A DNA stretch of 64,000 nucleotides from Ruditapes philippinarum (Eukaryota). Shown here piece by piece: positions 38,873-51,061 of this stretch. The DNA lies in the NCBI RefSeq assembly GCF_026571515.1, contig NW_026859581.1, forward strand, positions 310,001-374,000. The letters run 5' to 3'. Each line of letters begins with the position of its first letter. The stretch's first letter is position 1. The notes below the pieces were generated by a model that saw nothing but the letters and a program-made list of their open reading frames with translations, did not search any database and had not been told where the DNA came from. Position numbers and translations under genes: made by a program.

Positions 38873-41763
38873 ATGTAACATTTATATTTTCTATTTGGAT
38901 GGCTTACTAGCACACAAACTAAACAAGACCCGAAGGATGGTTTATATATTTTATTATATGTGTTGCATCCAAGTATACACTCATAAACTCCCAAACATCA
39001 AGTAAACATACACACAGTAACAATAACGATATTTGATATTAAAGGCGTGGCTTATTATATCTTGTAGACTTGCTTACTACAAAAACGAAAGGCTTTTTCT
39101 TTTCATATTACAAGGAAAGAAGTGTTCTTATAGCAAAAATATCACTTTTAGAGAAATAAAGCCTGCTTTTATTTATTTATTTATTTTCTTATTTATATAT
39201 TGATGAATCAATGTCAACTGCTTAGTAAGGTTAAAGAGGATAAGGATAAAGTGGATCTAAGTTAAAGGCAAATTTTCAATAAATATTTCAAACATTAATA
39301 GAAACAATAGAAATGTATAATTTGGATATTCTTATAAAATATTACTTATAAAACTGTTGATATATAAAGTTCTTAGAGATTTAGTATGAACATTTATCTG
39401 ATGAATAATGATATTTATGTTCTTATTCAAAATAATAATAACTTACCTTCCATACTCTTTCTCTTCTAAGCTACAGTGATAAAACATAATTATATTAAAA
39501 CAGTTGTTAGCATGTTGCAGTAGCTCAGGAGAGCATGGTGAAATTTCAAACGAAGTTGAATAATTTGTTTCATATAATTCATTACATAGAAATAATGGAT
39601 TTCTTCCGCATGGTAACATGAGCCCGGGGAATTTAAGAACATCAATCTCATACGCAATTTTATACCCAATCAATTTAAATCAATATCATTTACAAGAAAA
39701 CAGTGACAATTATTATTATTTTATCAATATTCAATTTCTTCTTATCAATATATCACAACAGTAATGTATTAATACTTAAGATGCATTTCACAATAAAGAC
39801 ACCAATACATGTTTAGAGCCACTGCTTTTACACAACTGAAAATAATTCTCAATCAATTTGGAAAACTGGAAAAAGTCAAATGTTAGCGACCTTGACATTA
39901 GTCAAACATACCTTGATTAATTAAGATATAAGTCTGTTAAAATTGTTGTGAAAAGGGTAAGTAAAAATGAGATACAAAAGAAAAACATTCCATCATTTTT
40001 TTTTAAAAAATTGAAGAGCACAAATATGTTCTTAAGTCTATAGTTACAATAGATTTTAATCCAAATATTCTTTAGTTTTCATTTCAGGTGTTTCACTGCT
40101 TTTTTTATTGGAATATGAATATACCCTAAATTGTTTCTGGTAATTCGTCACTTATTATAGGGATCACATATTTCTTTGGTTTAGATAATTGTGGGCAACT
40201 GATATACACCATCTGAAATTAGAGAAAACAAATTTTACCATTTCAATACTATATATTTTTCCTTATATGAATTATATGATTATCTTTCAATCTGAATAAA
40301 GCCATGATTCATGATATTAAAGAAACAAATTCAAATTAAATATGTACTGACTGAATAAAGAACAACGCAGACCATGATCAGGCGGCATTGGTCCTAGTCG
40401 GTCCTAGTTGCATGTGTAAATTCTGTAAAAAGACTTAATATTTATATTGTCTGTTGTTGTATTAATAAACACTCATATGTGAATAATAATGTGGCATGAA
40501 ATTTGGAACCGTTCTTTTATAAGTTTCTGTGATGTTGGTATTAATATACTGAACATGACCTGCTACATATATTTTCTAACTGGTGACATCACATTGTTAT
40601 CTCAAAAGTCAAAATATTATTTAACAAAATTACTTTATGAGGAAAAATTCTGCCAATCAATGATATGACTTGGAAGGTAATTTGACATGAAAAAATAAGT
40701 TAAATATGTAGTTTAGTTGATATAAATAAATTTTAGTTTGATTGTGTTGGAAGCAATAATCTTACTTGACCACTCTCAAATCCATTCCTGGAATCAACCA
40801 GTACTGAGCAATGGGTATGGAAACAACGACTTGGCTCTGACAGAGCAATCCACTCCGCAATATACATGCATTTCATACTTTGAGACAGTTACTGTGTATA
40901 TAAAAATTTAACAATGCTTTAATCTGTATTCCATTGAAGAAAATTATGTGAAACCACTGAACAATTACGTGTTTATCATTTTACATGGGTATCCCATTTC
41001 ATGGGCATGATGATCTAAGTGGTGATTCTTGGAGGCTATTATAATTACATGCTTATTTCAGCCATATGAACAATGCAGACCTAAAATCTAATGAGAAAAA
41101 GTTGTATTTACAAGTCTACGTAAAATAATAGTTATTATAGTCCGTTAGAGCAGGTCCAACTTTTACTTAATTATCATGTATATTTAACTTTGGAAACTAC
41201 TAAGAAACGCCTCAAACCAAATATTTCACATCTGAGCCTTTAGTAAATTAATGGCTACTCAAATATGGACAGAATGCATTTTGTATATCATTTGCTCTGC
41301 ATTAATAAGACCTTTTGAAAAGCCATTGATATAAGCTTTTTATAACTGAAAAAATCTTTACAACACTTTTTTTTGAAAGTCTATTGATGTTCTATACTTA
41401 CTCGCTAGTGGATAATAGCATAAATATTTAAAACCGTACAAATCTTTACACTACGCAATTTTAGTTTAAATTGATGTGGACTTTAGATCAATATTTAAAC
41501 TTTTTGCAAATTGTTATCTATATGGACTGAACGTTTTTTGCTATAATTTAACATGTTGAGAAGATAAATCTTTAGCCATAAAAAGATAAAGAGGTATCAT
41601 GAGTAGAAAAAGAAATTTCGAATACACCTGAAAAATATAAGGTTTGGGAAAAAGTTTTACAATACATTAATATGTGATAATTGGGACAACTTAATATAGT
41701 GATATTTATATGTTGTATAGATCTATAACAAGATTAATAGGTTTGAACAAGTTAATATACAAG

Positions 41764-43990
41764 ATGGCTACAGGTGGACAAATAAATACAGATATTCTTT
41801 CTGATGAAATATTTGATATCCTATGTTCAATGTGTAAACATCAAGGCATAAACACTGAAGCTGATAAATTCTGTGTAGATTGTCATGATTATTTCTGTTT
41901 TAACTGTGTCAACGTTCACAGTAAAGTTCCTATGTGTCTTGGTCACAAGATGTCGGATAAATCTCAGGTCAAGTCAGGAACCAGCAAGGGTTTTCCGAGG
42001 GCACCAGCAGAGAGATGTGACAGACACAGTCATAAACACGTCGATATGTACTGTCAGAACCATGATAAAGTTGGCTGTTCTACATGTATGGCAGTTGATC
42101 ATAGGTAGGTTTTGATAATTTGATTATGGAATTGCTTTGGGTATTTTTGTGTTGTTAAAAGGATATAATTTCATTTTATCTATGTTAACAGTAGCTATTT
42201 GGTTGTAAGTTTGTAAGTCACACCAACACTGTTATGGTCATAGAGAGATTTTCTAGCTTTCGTAGTGAAGGAAGACCTCGGATATCACTATTTCAGGCAT
42301 CATCGGGCACCCAAGTAGACATTATGTGAGCTATGTGGATAGCGTCTGCACATGATAGAATTCAAAGTCCCTGACAGGATCCGAACCCTTATAAGTGAGT
42401 GGCAAGTATTTTAAAAATAACAACCTCATATGTTACATTAAATACAACATTCATTCTCAGAAGCACTAAAACATAAAATTCTGACGTTTTATAAGCTAGT
42501 CGAAAATTATTCCTCACATGGAAGATTCCAAGGCCCCTGGTAGGATTCAAACCCACATCAGTGAGTAGAAGTGTGTGACCAACCTCCTATCTCAGATGAA
42601 CATGAACATAAAAGTCAATAAACCTCTTATTCCTTTCAGATCATGCAAGGATACATTCTATATACCAGAATTCATCAAAAACAACATATACCAAAAACCT
42701 TCAAGAGAAATTCACACAAAACTTACGGAAATAAGCAAGACCCTTGCAGAACAAGCTAGCAAATCCAAACAGGATAAACAGAGGCTGCTAAAAAGAAAGG
42801 CAGAGTTATTGACTGATATCAGAAATTTCCGAAAAGAAATCAATGACCAACTTGACAAGCTAGAGAAAAATTCTGTAGATGAGATAGAAGATAAAGTCAA
42901 ATGTCTTGAGAGCAAGATCGAAGAGGGTCTCAAACAGCTACAAGCACATAAAGACAAAATCACATCAGCCAATAAAAAGTTAGCATTTTTTAACCAGAAT
43001 CAAGCTGACGTGTTTGTTAATATGAAGATGGCAGAGGATGCTGCACATCTTGCCAACCAATGCATGGAAGACACGAAAATGAAGAGTACAGTAGCAGACA
43101 TGGAGTTTCAACCTGATAGAACAATTCTGACACAACTTGAAAAAAGTAGTACACTCGGCTTACTAACAGAGAATCCTACAAAGATAGCCAGCAGTTTATT
43201 TCAGATAAGAAGGGAACTATCATATTGTGTAAAAGTAAAGTCGGATAACAAAGATTGCGATATCACATGTGCCTGTTATCTGAAAGATGGTCAAATATTT
43301 CTAGCTGATAAAAACAACATGAAGCTTAAACAGATACATGATTACGACTATACTGTCACAGACCACTGTGATCTACCTGGCGAACCATGGCAAGTGTGCT
43401 CAATCAATACAGCAGGTGTAGCATTAACTTTGCCATTACAAAATGAGGTTCATTTTATTTCTGCGGGAAGAAAATTGAAAGCAATATATAAGATTAAAAC
43501 TGATTTTGAATGTTATGGTCTTGCATACACAAGCAATAATTTATATATTTCAGACGGCAACACATCAGTGTATATGTATTCATTGTCTGGTAGGAAACTA
43601 AAACAGTTTAGTAAGACCCAATCGGGACAAAAGCTGTTTTCTGACATAAGCAGTCTAGCTGTCCGTCAAGATGCTACAAGGATTTATGTTGCTGATTTTT
43701 ACAATGGAGTGATAGTACTGGACAACAATTTTCAGGTTATTACAACATATAATGGTAGGCAATTAATGGGGGCTTCATGTTGCTATATCTCTGAAGCAGG
43801 AAGTGTGCTGGTATCAGGAGGAAACTCAAAAAATGTTGTACAGTTTACATCTGATGGTGAGCTGATAGGGGATGTTATAAAAGCCAATAAAAGAAGAAGT
43901 GGGATTAAGTCAGTTTGCTGTAATCAACAAATGTCTAAGATGTTTGTTTGCAGATCTCATGAAAACAATATTGAAGTATATGATATTTAA
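41764..43990 (+). CDS. TRIM/NHL-like protein copy 4 (two B-boxes, coiled coil, NHL-like propeller), ~563 aa
   Basis: join(41764..42104,42640..43990). Exon 1 is 341 bp as in copy 1; frame checked; intact. Confidence 0.9.
42220..42590 (-). mobile_element. Degenerate SINE copy plus a partial second copy in the TRIM copy 4 intron (relics also in the introns of copies 2 and 3)
   Basis: ggtcatagagagattttctagcttt..gaaggaagacctc..gggcacccaagtaga..gtgagtggcaagt, similar to the SINE at 810-1404. Confidence 0.6.
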
Positions 43991-44459
43991 TCACTTTTTT
44001 TGCTATCTTCTTTTTGGTTCAAATTTAAAATAGAATATTTAAACAGCCAATACAAAGATAAAAAAAATTCTTAAAAATCTTGATAGACAAAATGTGGCTA
44101 TGAACATGTTTATAGATGTAATGATGCTATTTAAATTCACTGTGAGAAAAACAAGAGGGATTTTGTAAAAAAATATATTTTTATTATCATCTACATAAAT
44201 ATTATAAAAAATAATTCTTTGTACATTTCAAAATGTCGTTTACATACTAGTAAATGGTTTTATCAAGTAGAATTATAATATTTGAAACAAACAATACAAT
44301 TTTTTGTTTGAAATTTAAAGTTTCAATATCTTTACTGTGTAACGTCAGCGGCGAGTGGCGGCGTGGCCGAGTGCTTATTGAGTCTGACTAGTTTTCTCAG
44401 GATTGCTGACCGCGTGGGTTGATCCTGTCAGGGGCAAGCCGTTGTTTTCTTGAGCAATA

Positions 44460-46440
44460 AACATCAAACGTAAATCTAAAATTACCCTGTCTGTCACCGA
44501 CTTATATACATGTATTATCTTAAAAAACTCTGGTAAACATGCGATGTTATCACGTCTTACTTCCCTTTCATTATCATCTCTGAAAATCTTAGACGCGGAG
44601 GCAGATAATATAGTTATTCAAACAGATCCTTTATATACAGCAGCTTATCTTATTCAAAGTTATACTCAGCACGTCTTAAGACCTCATATCGACAACACTT
44701 CTGACCACAACAGGTATTTCCTAAAAGTAACCTTTCTTAATAAAGGTATCGATTTCATCGATTTATCAAGTATTTTTCGTGATAAACGTGTCACTAATTC
44801 AGTTCCTTTATACTTCAAAAACTCCGAGATACCAATTATTTGCTATAAATATAAGAAACCTGTTAGAAATATCATATTTAATTACAACAAAGTGGTTTCT
44901 GACTTAGATATTCAGTCTAATACTCCAACAATTTGAGACTGAAATACTTCTAAATTCTGTAATTCAGATTTTGGCCATATAATCACTGGTAATTTTGATA
45001 TAATTGCAGACAAAAGAATTCGTAACTTATTCTTGAAAGGACCTAAATACAGAATTCCTTCTGAGATTGATTTTTATGCTTGTCGTGGTCAGATTGCTGA
45101 ATCTATAGAAGATGTTTCGGTCAAATGGTGTCGCCGTGAAAATGCGGATAGTAATGCTCTAGTTACATGGAAACGTAACATCTTTAAAATTATTGATTCA
45201 CGTATTAATTTTTATCGTGGAAATGAACATCTTTTGCCACCTAAACCAAGACTTACTTTAAGACATCTGAAAAAAGATATTCTAGCTTTTCATTCTAAAT
45301 TTGTTTTGGTGCCAGCGGACAAGGCGGCTAATAATATTATAATTGTATGACGAATCCATTACATTAACGTTTTGCATAAGGAACTTAATAGTACTAATGC
45401 GTATTCTAAAACCTCTGCCTTCGAAAAAGACATTGTAAACAATCATATTACTTATATTTCCAATTTTAAAGTCCAAATTAATGAAAAAGAACTCAAACTT
45501 CCTATTACGTATTGGATTCCTAAATTACATAAAAAACCTTACAAAGCCAGATTCATTGCTAATTCTACATCTTGCACTACTAGTAAACTTTCTATTTTAT
45601 TGACGTCTTGTTTGACTGCCATTAAAACACATGTAATTAGATATTGTGATAAAGTCTATGAAAACACAGGCAAACATCTCTTTCTGGTGAAATCTTGGAT
45701 AAATTCAAAACTAAGAATTTTCAAGCTTCAACTGTCAGTACATACGATTTTTCTACACTTTATACAACTTTGCCACATAAATTAATCAATGATGAACTAA
45801 TTTCCTTAATTCAGAAAACTTTTGCACGGGAAATAGTTACCTTTCTAACATGTAATTCTAACAAAGCTTTTTTTACTAACGGTATTGTTAAACATTATAC
45901 TATGTGGACCTGTGACGAAGTTTGTAGAGCACCCTCTTTTCTTTTAGACAACATTTATGTCAGGTTTGGTAATACCCTATTTAAACAGATCATAGGAATT
46001 CCTATGGGTACTAATTGTGCACCCCTGGTCGCCGATTTGTTTTTGTACTGCTATGAAAGAGACTTTATGTTGAGTCTCTCTGAAGATAAACATCATGATG
46101 TTATAGTCGCATTTCATAATACTTCCAGATACCTTGATGATATTTTTAATTTAGATCATTCTTATTTGATCGAATGGTGTCTGACATTTATCCGCATGAA
46201 CTACAACTTAATAAAACGAACTCTTGAAATTTTAGTACCTTCATATTACTATCGACAACAATTCTATTCACACGAAAATCTATGATAAACGAGATGACTT
46301 TGACTTTTGTATAGTTAATTATCCATATTTAGATGGAGACGTACCCCATGCAACATCTTACGGGGTTTATGTTTCTCAATTATTAAGATTCGCTAGAGCT
46401 TGTAGCAACGTAAAGGATTTCAACGAGCGGAATATTTTTT
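44460..46440 (+). mobile_element. Penelope-like retroelement (Naiad-type RT), 5'- and 3'-truncated, with three in-frame TGA at Cys positions
   Basis: GHIITGN..KGPKYR, VPADKAANN, YWIPKLHKKPYKARFIA, YDFSTLYTTLPH, GIPMGTNCAPLVADLFL, RYLDD, YDKRDDFDF..SYGVYVSQLLRFARAC. TGA at 44934, 44940 and 45348. Frameshifts at ~45684 and ~46165. Confidence 0.92.
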
Positions 46441-46563
46441 TCATAGACTTTTGGACCCAAAACCTTTTTATTTCCTTTCATTGATTTTCAATGATTACCT
46501 TTTAAGGAATTATTTTATGAAATGTGCCCTTTAACAATAAAGTCTCTATTTTAAACTTGTAAA

Positions 46564-47472
46564 ATTTTATGGTGAGCATTAGTCGCCGTTTTGTCCCGTC
46601 CGTTCTTGTACGGGAACCTTTCAAACTGGCTTTTTTGGGAAATATCCATTTCATTTTGTAAACGTACTTAAGGGGAACATTGCTTTGGTCAAATAGGTCT
46701 CAATGAGTCAAAGAAAAAACATAAGTAATCCATAATCCGTCCTTGTCCCTATCTTTGGGAAAAACTTTGAAACACACAAGAGGTTTAACATGAACTTTCG
46801 GTAAATAAAATCTCATTGAGTAGAAGTGCAGTGCAGAAGAACCATAACTCTGTCTTGGCTAGCTTTGAAATTATTTCCCTTTGTTCATTTTTACACTTTG
46901 AACTTTGCCCGGAACATAACTCTAAAACTATAAGAGATATCAACATGAAATTTTGTAGGTAGATAGATGTCATTGTATTGTAAGTGCAGTGCAAAAGAAC
47001 TATAACTCTGTCTTGCCAAATTTTGGAGTTATTGCACTTTGTTCATTCTTACACTTTGAACATTGTCCGGGACATAACTCTAAAATTATATGAGATATCA
47101 GCATGAAACCTTGTAAGCAGATAGATCTCATTGAGTAGAAGCGCAGTGTAAAAAAAATCACTCTGTCTTACGTTATTTTGGAGTTATTGCCCTTTGCTCA
47201 TTTTTACATTTTGAACTTTGTCCGGGACATAACTCTGAAACCATAAGAGATATCAACATAAAACTTTGTAGGAAGATTGCTCCCATTAAATAGAAGTGCA
47301 ATGCAAAAGAACCATAACTCTGCCTTGCTTAATTTTGGTCATAGTTATTGGCCTTTGTTCATTTTTACGCTTTGAACTTTGTCTGTGACATTACTCTGAC
47401 ACTACATGATGTATATTTACCTGTGTCCAAAACCTATTCGGGGAGCATTACCCGGTTCAACCGGTTCTTGTT
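46564..47472 (+). mobile_element. Helentron-associated non-autonomous element (HINE-like) with ~157-bp central tandem repeats, copy A
   Basis: Repeat unit aacatgaaactttgtaggtagatagatctcattgagtagaagtgcagtgc...; 3' end ggggagcatt...ttcttgtt; 5' part garbled relative to copy B. Confidence 0.75.
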
Positions 47473-48734
47473 GTTATTTGGATGAGCAGCAGATGATATT
47501 TACACAAATGAAGAAATAAAATTGATTAAAGATATCTATAGAGCAGTCAGATCCACTTTTCTCATTGCTGGATAGTAAACAAAACATTTTTTAGATAGAG
47601 GCAATTTCTATAAATGGTGGAATTCACTATGGTTTCTGACCTTTTAACCAAATATTTGCAGATGTCAGGCTTAGAATTCATCAAAATGCATCCACTCATC
47701 AAGTTTCCAAGTCCTAATTGAAGTGATTGCGATGAAAATAATATACATCAAGGAGTCCGAGATTGCTCTTTGATCTTCTATCTGACCCAAAATAAGTATG
47801 GCTGGTATAGAATTTATTAAGGTGCTTCTACGTGCAGAATTTGACAGGGATACTCCTGCAAATTAATGACAAAATATCAAAATGAACTTATGTACTCAAA
47901 TCACGCTAAAATGACATTTTTTAAAGTCCCAGTATGGATTTCTGTATAAATTCTATATATTTTGGGATCGAAACGTAAATATATCTATTTATGTTGAACA
48001 AAATTTATATGCCGACAAAATCACCGAGAAGTTTTAAAACAAGACATGTTTCTTGAACAAAAACTGGAAAATACAATAACAGATATTGCAGATACTGTAT
48101 TATGGAAACAAGTATAAGTCTTTCATTTGGCATGTTCTCTAACGATTCCAGAGATCATTGTGACAACTATTGTGAAATCGTAAAGTTCTAACCTGACCGA
48201 CGTCGGTCAGGTTAGAGCGTTAAAGAAAATGTCAATAATTAATCATACCTATACATAAAAAGGGAAATTTGAATAACCCTAATAACTATAAGTGAATTAC
48301 ACTTCTTAATGTTTTAAGTCAGGTGCAGAGAAAAACAGAATCTCCAAGAAAGCCCAACACGGGGAAAATGAAAATGTTGCAGGCTCAGACTAAGCCCACC
48401 CATGGACGGTACTTGCAGCTGCAAGCCACTGCCAATGCCACAGCACCGGCCCTAGCATAATTCAACATCTTACATAAACTAGTAATAATCCGCAGATGTG
48501 TTCATATGGCGGTTATCATTGAAACAAAATGAGTCATGGAATCGATTTTAAGTAAGTGACCCCTGGAGCCGGACCTTTTTTGATCAAATAGGCATAATAT
48601 ATATAAGTTTTAAAGAGGAACACAAGGTGATGCTACATGCCAAATACCAAACAACTGGATATTGTAGTTTCTGAAAAGTGAGAGTCCTTAAAAAATGGCA
48701 CAAGTGCAGATTGCTCGGCTGATGCCATCAGCCA

Positions 48735-48920
48735 GGAGATGATCGGTCGTTTTGAGAGACTTCCTGCTTACTTCAGAATTTGGTATTTCTAATGAAAGTG
48801 ATTATTCTCTGATCCATTGTGAACATTAAGCTTTGCCAGAAGTATCTGCAAGGTGGATTATCAGAAACCTAAACATGCATGAATATCAGCAAAGGATAGA
48901 GTCAAGTCAAGAAATTCTAA
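48735..48920 (+). pseudogene. Mariner transposase relic (second copy ~51765-51950)
   Basis: Translation GISNESDYSLIHCEH*ALPEVSARWIIRNL..QQRIESSQEIL resembles the mariner HTH-KVSARWVP region. Confidence 0.6.
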
Positions 48921-49249
48921 ATGAAAACAATACCAGGCCAATTATTCCAAAAAGCACCTACAAAAGAACCATCAATGTAATTGTTTACCTTCAAGTCTAT
49001 CCTTTACGTTTTTTAAACTGTCGACCTGGCGTTTTCGTGTGACAAGTTTCACTAATGGACTGAATGTGCCTAGTTATTTCAAAATCCATTCATCAATGGC
49101 AGAATTGATGACTTGTTAAAAACATCTATGTGCATGTACTTAATGAAAATATGAACCTTAGATGTCAAATCGTGAACTTGGTCCTTAAGCTACAAACTCA
49201 TCAGAAATTGTTTCAAAGAACCATATATTTAAGCCAATGTCACAAGGTG

Positions 49250-49330
49250 AGAAAAATGTGCAGCCTGAACGGGACTCGAACCCGGGACCCTCGAAAGACA
49301 GTTCTGCAACTCTACCGACTCAACTATCCT
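49250..49330 (-). mobile_element. tRNA-derived SINE head or pseudo-tRNA (copy at ~52271-52350)
   Basis: Minus strand tagttgagtcggtagag (A-box-like) ... gggttcgagtccc (B box), followed by ggctgcacatttttct. Confidence 0.65.
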
Positions 49331-49743
49331 GCCGTCTACACAGCTTCTCCACTAAATTATAAATAGAGAAAAGTTCAAAACCGTGACAAACTATCCCGCT
49401 ATTTTGAAATTAGCCATAAATCTCTCAGGGTAAGAAAGCAATGTAAATCCAACATCCGATTACGACCATTACTGTTTCATCTTAGATTACTTATTGCGCA
49501 TTGTAATTTACAAACTGATTTCTCAACAAAGAGGGATTTTGTAAAAATATATATTTTTATTATCATCTACATAAATATTATAAAAAATAATCTACATGAA
49601 TATTTTAAAATAATTCTTTGTAAATTTTAAATTGTATGTCGTTTACATAAATAGATTTATCAAGCGAAATATAATATTTGAAACAAACAATACAATTTTT
49701 TGTTTCAAATTCAAAATTTCAATATCTTTACTGTGTAATATCA

Positions 49744-49965
49744 GCGGCGAGTAGCGGCGTGGACAAGTGGTTAACGAGTCTTGACTAGTTATCTCAGGAT
49801 TGCTGACAGAGTGGCTTGACCCTGTCAGGGGCAAGCCGTTGTTTCCTTGAGCAATAAACTTTACATTCATTGCTTAGTACTGATTAGTTCCAGGACGGAT
49901 TCGAGAGTGTTTCAATAAGCTTATAGCTTCCAACACCATTGAACTAAAATAAATTTGTATAACTA
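49744..49965 (+). mobile_element. tRNA-headed SINE (CORE-like body); 5' half repeated at 44346-44462, inverted relic at ~40770-40845
   Basis: gcggcgtggacaagtggttaa (A box) ... tccttgagcaataaactttac...ttgcttagtactg...ccaggacggattcgag; A-rich tail. Confidence 0.65.
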
Positions 49966-50110
49966 ATAGACTCAATCGAACCAAACAACTTGTAATATTT
50001 CTTTTCATTGCATTCTATGGATTACTCTTTTCAAGGATCATTACTTTCTGGTAATGCTGGCCTCTTATTAACAATGAAAAGAAACATTTTATTTGCCAAA
50101 CTTGTATATG

Positions 50111-51061
50111 TTTTATGCTCCCCAAAGGGTGGGCATATAGTCGCCGCTTTGTCCGTCCGTCCGTCCGTTCGCTATTCTTGTCCGGGATATAACTTAAGAA
50201 CAACATGAGGTATCAACGTGAAACATTGTAGGTAGATAGATCACATTGAGTAGAAGTGCAGTGCAAAAGAACCATAACTCTGTCTTGCCTAATTAATTTT
50301 GGAGTTATTACCCTTTGTTCATTTTTACACTGATTTTTGTCCGGGACATTTCTCTTAAACTATAAGAGATATCAACATGAAACTTTGTAGGTAGATAGAT
50401 CTTATTGAGTCGAAGTGCAGTGCAAAATAGCCATAACTCTGTCTGGTCTTATTTTGGAGTTATTGTCCTTTGTTCATTTTTACACTTTGAACTTTGTCCG
50501 GGACATAACTGTAAAACTATAAGAGATATCAACATGAAACTTTGTAGGTAAATAAATCTCATTGAAAAGAAGTGCAGTGTAAAAGAACCATAACTCTGTC
50601 TTGTCTTGTTTTGGAGTTATTGCCCTTTGTTCATTTTTACACTTTGAACTTTGTCCAGGACATAACTCTGAAACCAAAAGAGATATCAACATGAAATTTG
50701 TAGGTAAATAGATTTCACTGAGTAGAAGTACACTGCAAAAGAACTATAACTCTGTCCTGCCTAATTTTGTAATTATTACCCTTTGTTTATTTATACACTT
50801 TGAACTTTGTCCAGGACATAACTCTAAAACTATAAGAGATATAAACATGAAACTTTGTATGTAGATAGGTCACATTAGGTAGAAGTGCAGTGAAAAAGAA
50901 CCATAACTCTGTCTTGCTCAATTTTTGTTATAGTTATTGCCCTTTGCTCATTTTTACGCTTTGAACTTTGTCTGTGACATAACTTTGACACTACACGTGG
51001 TATACTTACCTGGGTCCAAAACTTATTCGGGGAGAATCACCCTGTTCAACCGGTTCTTGTT
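50111..51061 (+). mobile_element. HINE-like element with ~5 central ~157-bp repeats, copy B
   Basis: ttttatgctcccc start, (gtcc)n microsatellite, tandem array, ggggagaatcacc sub-terminal inverted repeat, ttcttgtt end. Confidence 0.8.

Larger units (their letters stand above)
33979..39081 (-). mobile_element. Ty3/Gypsy LTR retrotransposon, Mag/Steamer-type organisation, full length
   Basis: 208-bp TG...CA LTRs at 33979-34186 and 38874-39081, identical by eye. 5-bp TSD AAAAC (33974-33978, 39082-39086). PBS, PPT and a single gag-pol frame present. Confidence 0.97.
33832..40320 (-). pseudogene. Duplicated MDM1 fragment (three exon relics plus introns), split by the LTR element
   Basis: 33832-33978 matches ~62075-62235. 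39087-39130 matches ~62236-62280. 39438-39487 matches the micro-exon region 62408-62456. 40070-40240 matches the exon at 63125-63271 and its acceptor. All are degenerate. Confidence 0.85.

Noticed and set aside
9683-43990. A V(D)J-like somatic recombination system acting on the TRIM cluster
   Set aside because: The heptamer-like motifs are transposon ends that face into their own elements and do not flank gene segments; there is no 12/23 pairing and no RAG-like ORF in the window.
46225-46227. Fourth TGA in the Penelope-like RT
   Set aside because: It lies in a deleted and frameshifted region and not at a recognisable Cys position; probably decay.
46440-46800. SECIS element or hammerhead ribozyme downstream of the PLE
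   Set aside because: The sequence corresponds to the flanking duplicated DNA; no convincing SECIS or hammerhead core seen.
49250-49330. Functional tRNA gene
   Set aside because: A and B boxes are present but there is no convincing acceptor or anticodon stem; duplicated within repeats, so treated as a SINE head.
46785-50692. Short minus-strand ORFs (MLISLLVSELC...)
   Set aside because: Translations of the ~157-bp tandem repeat unit.
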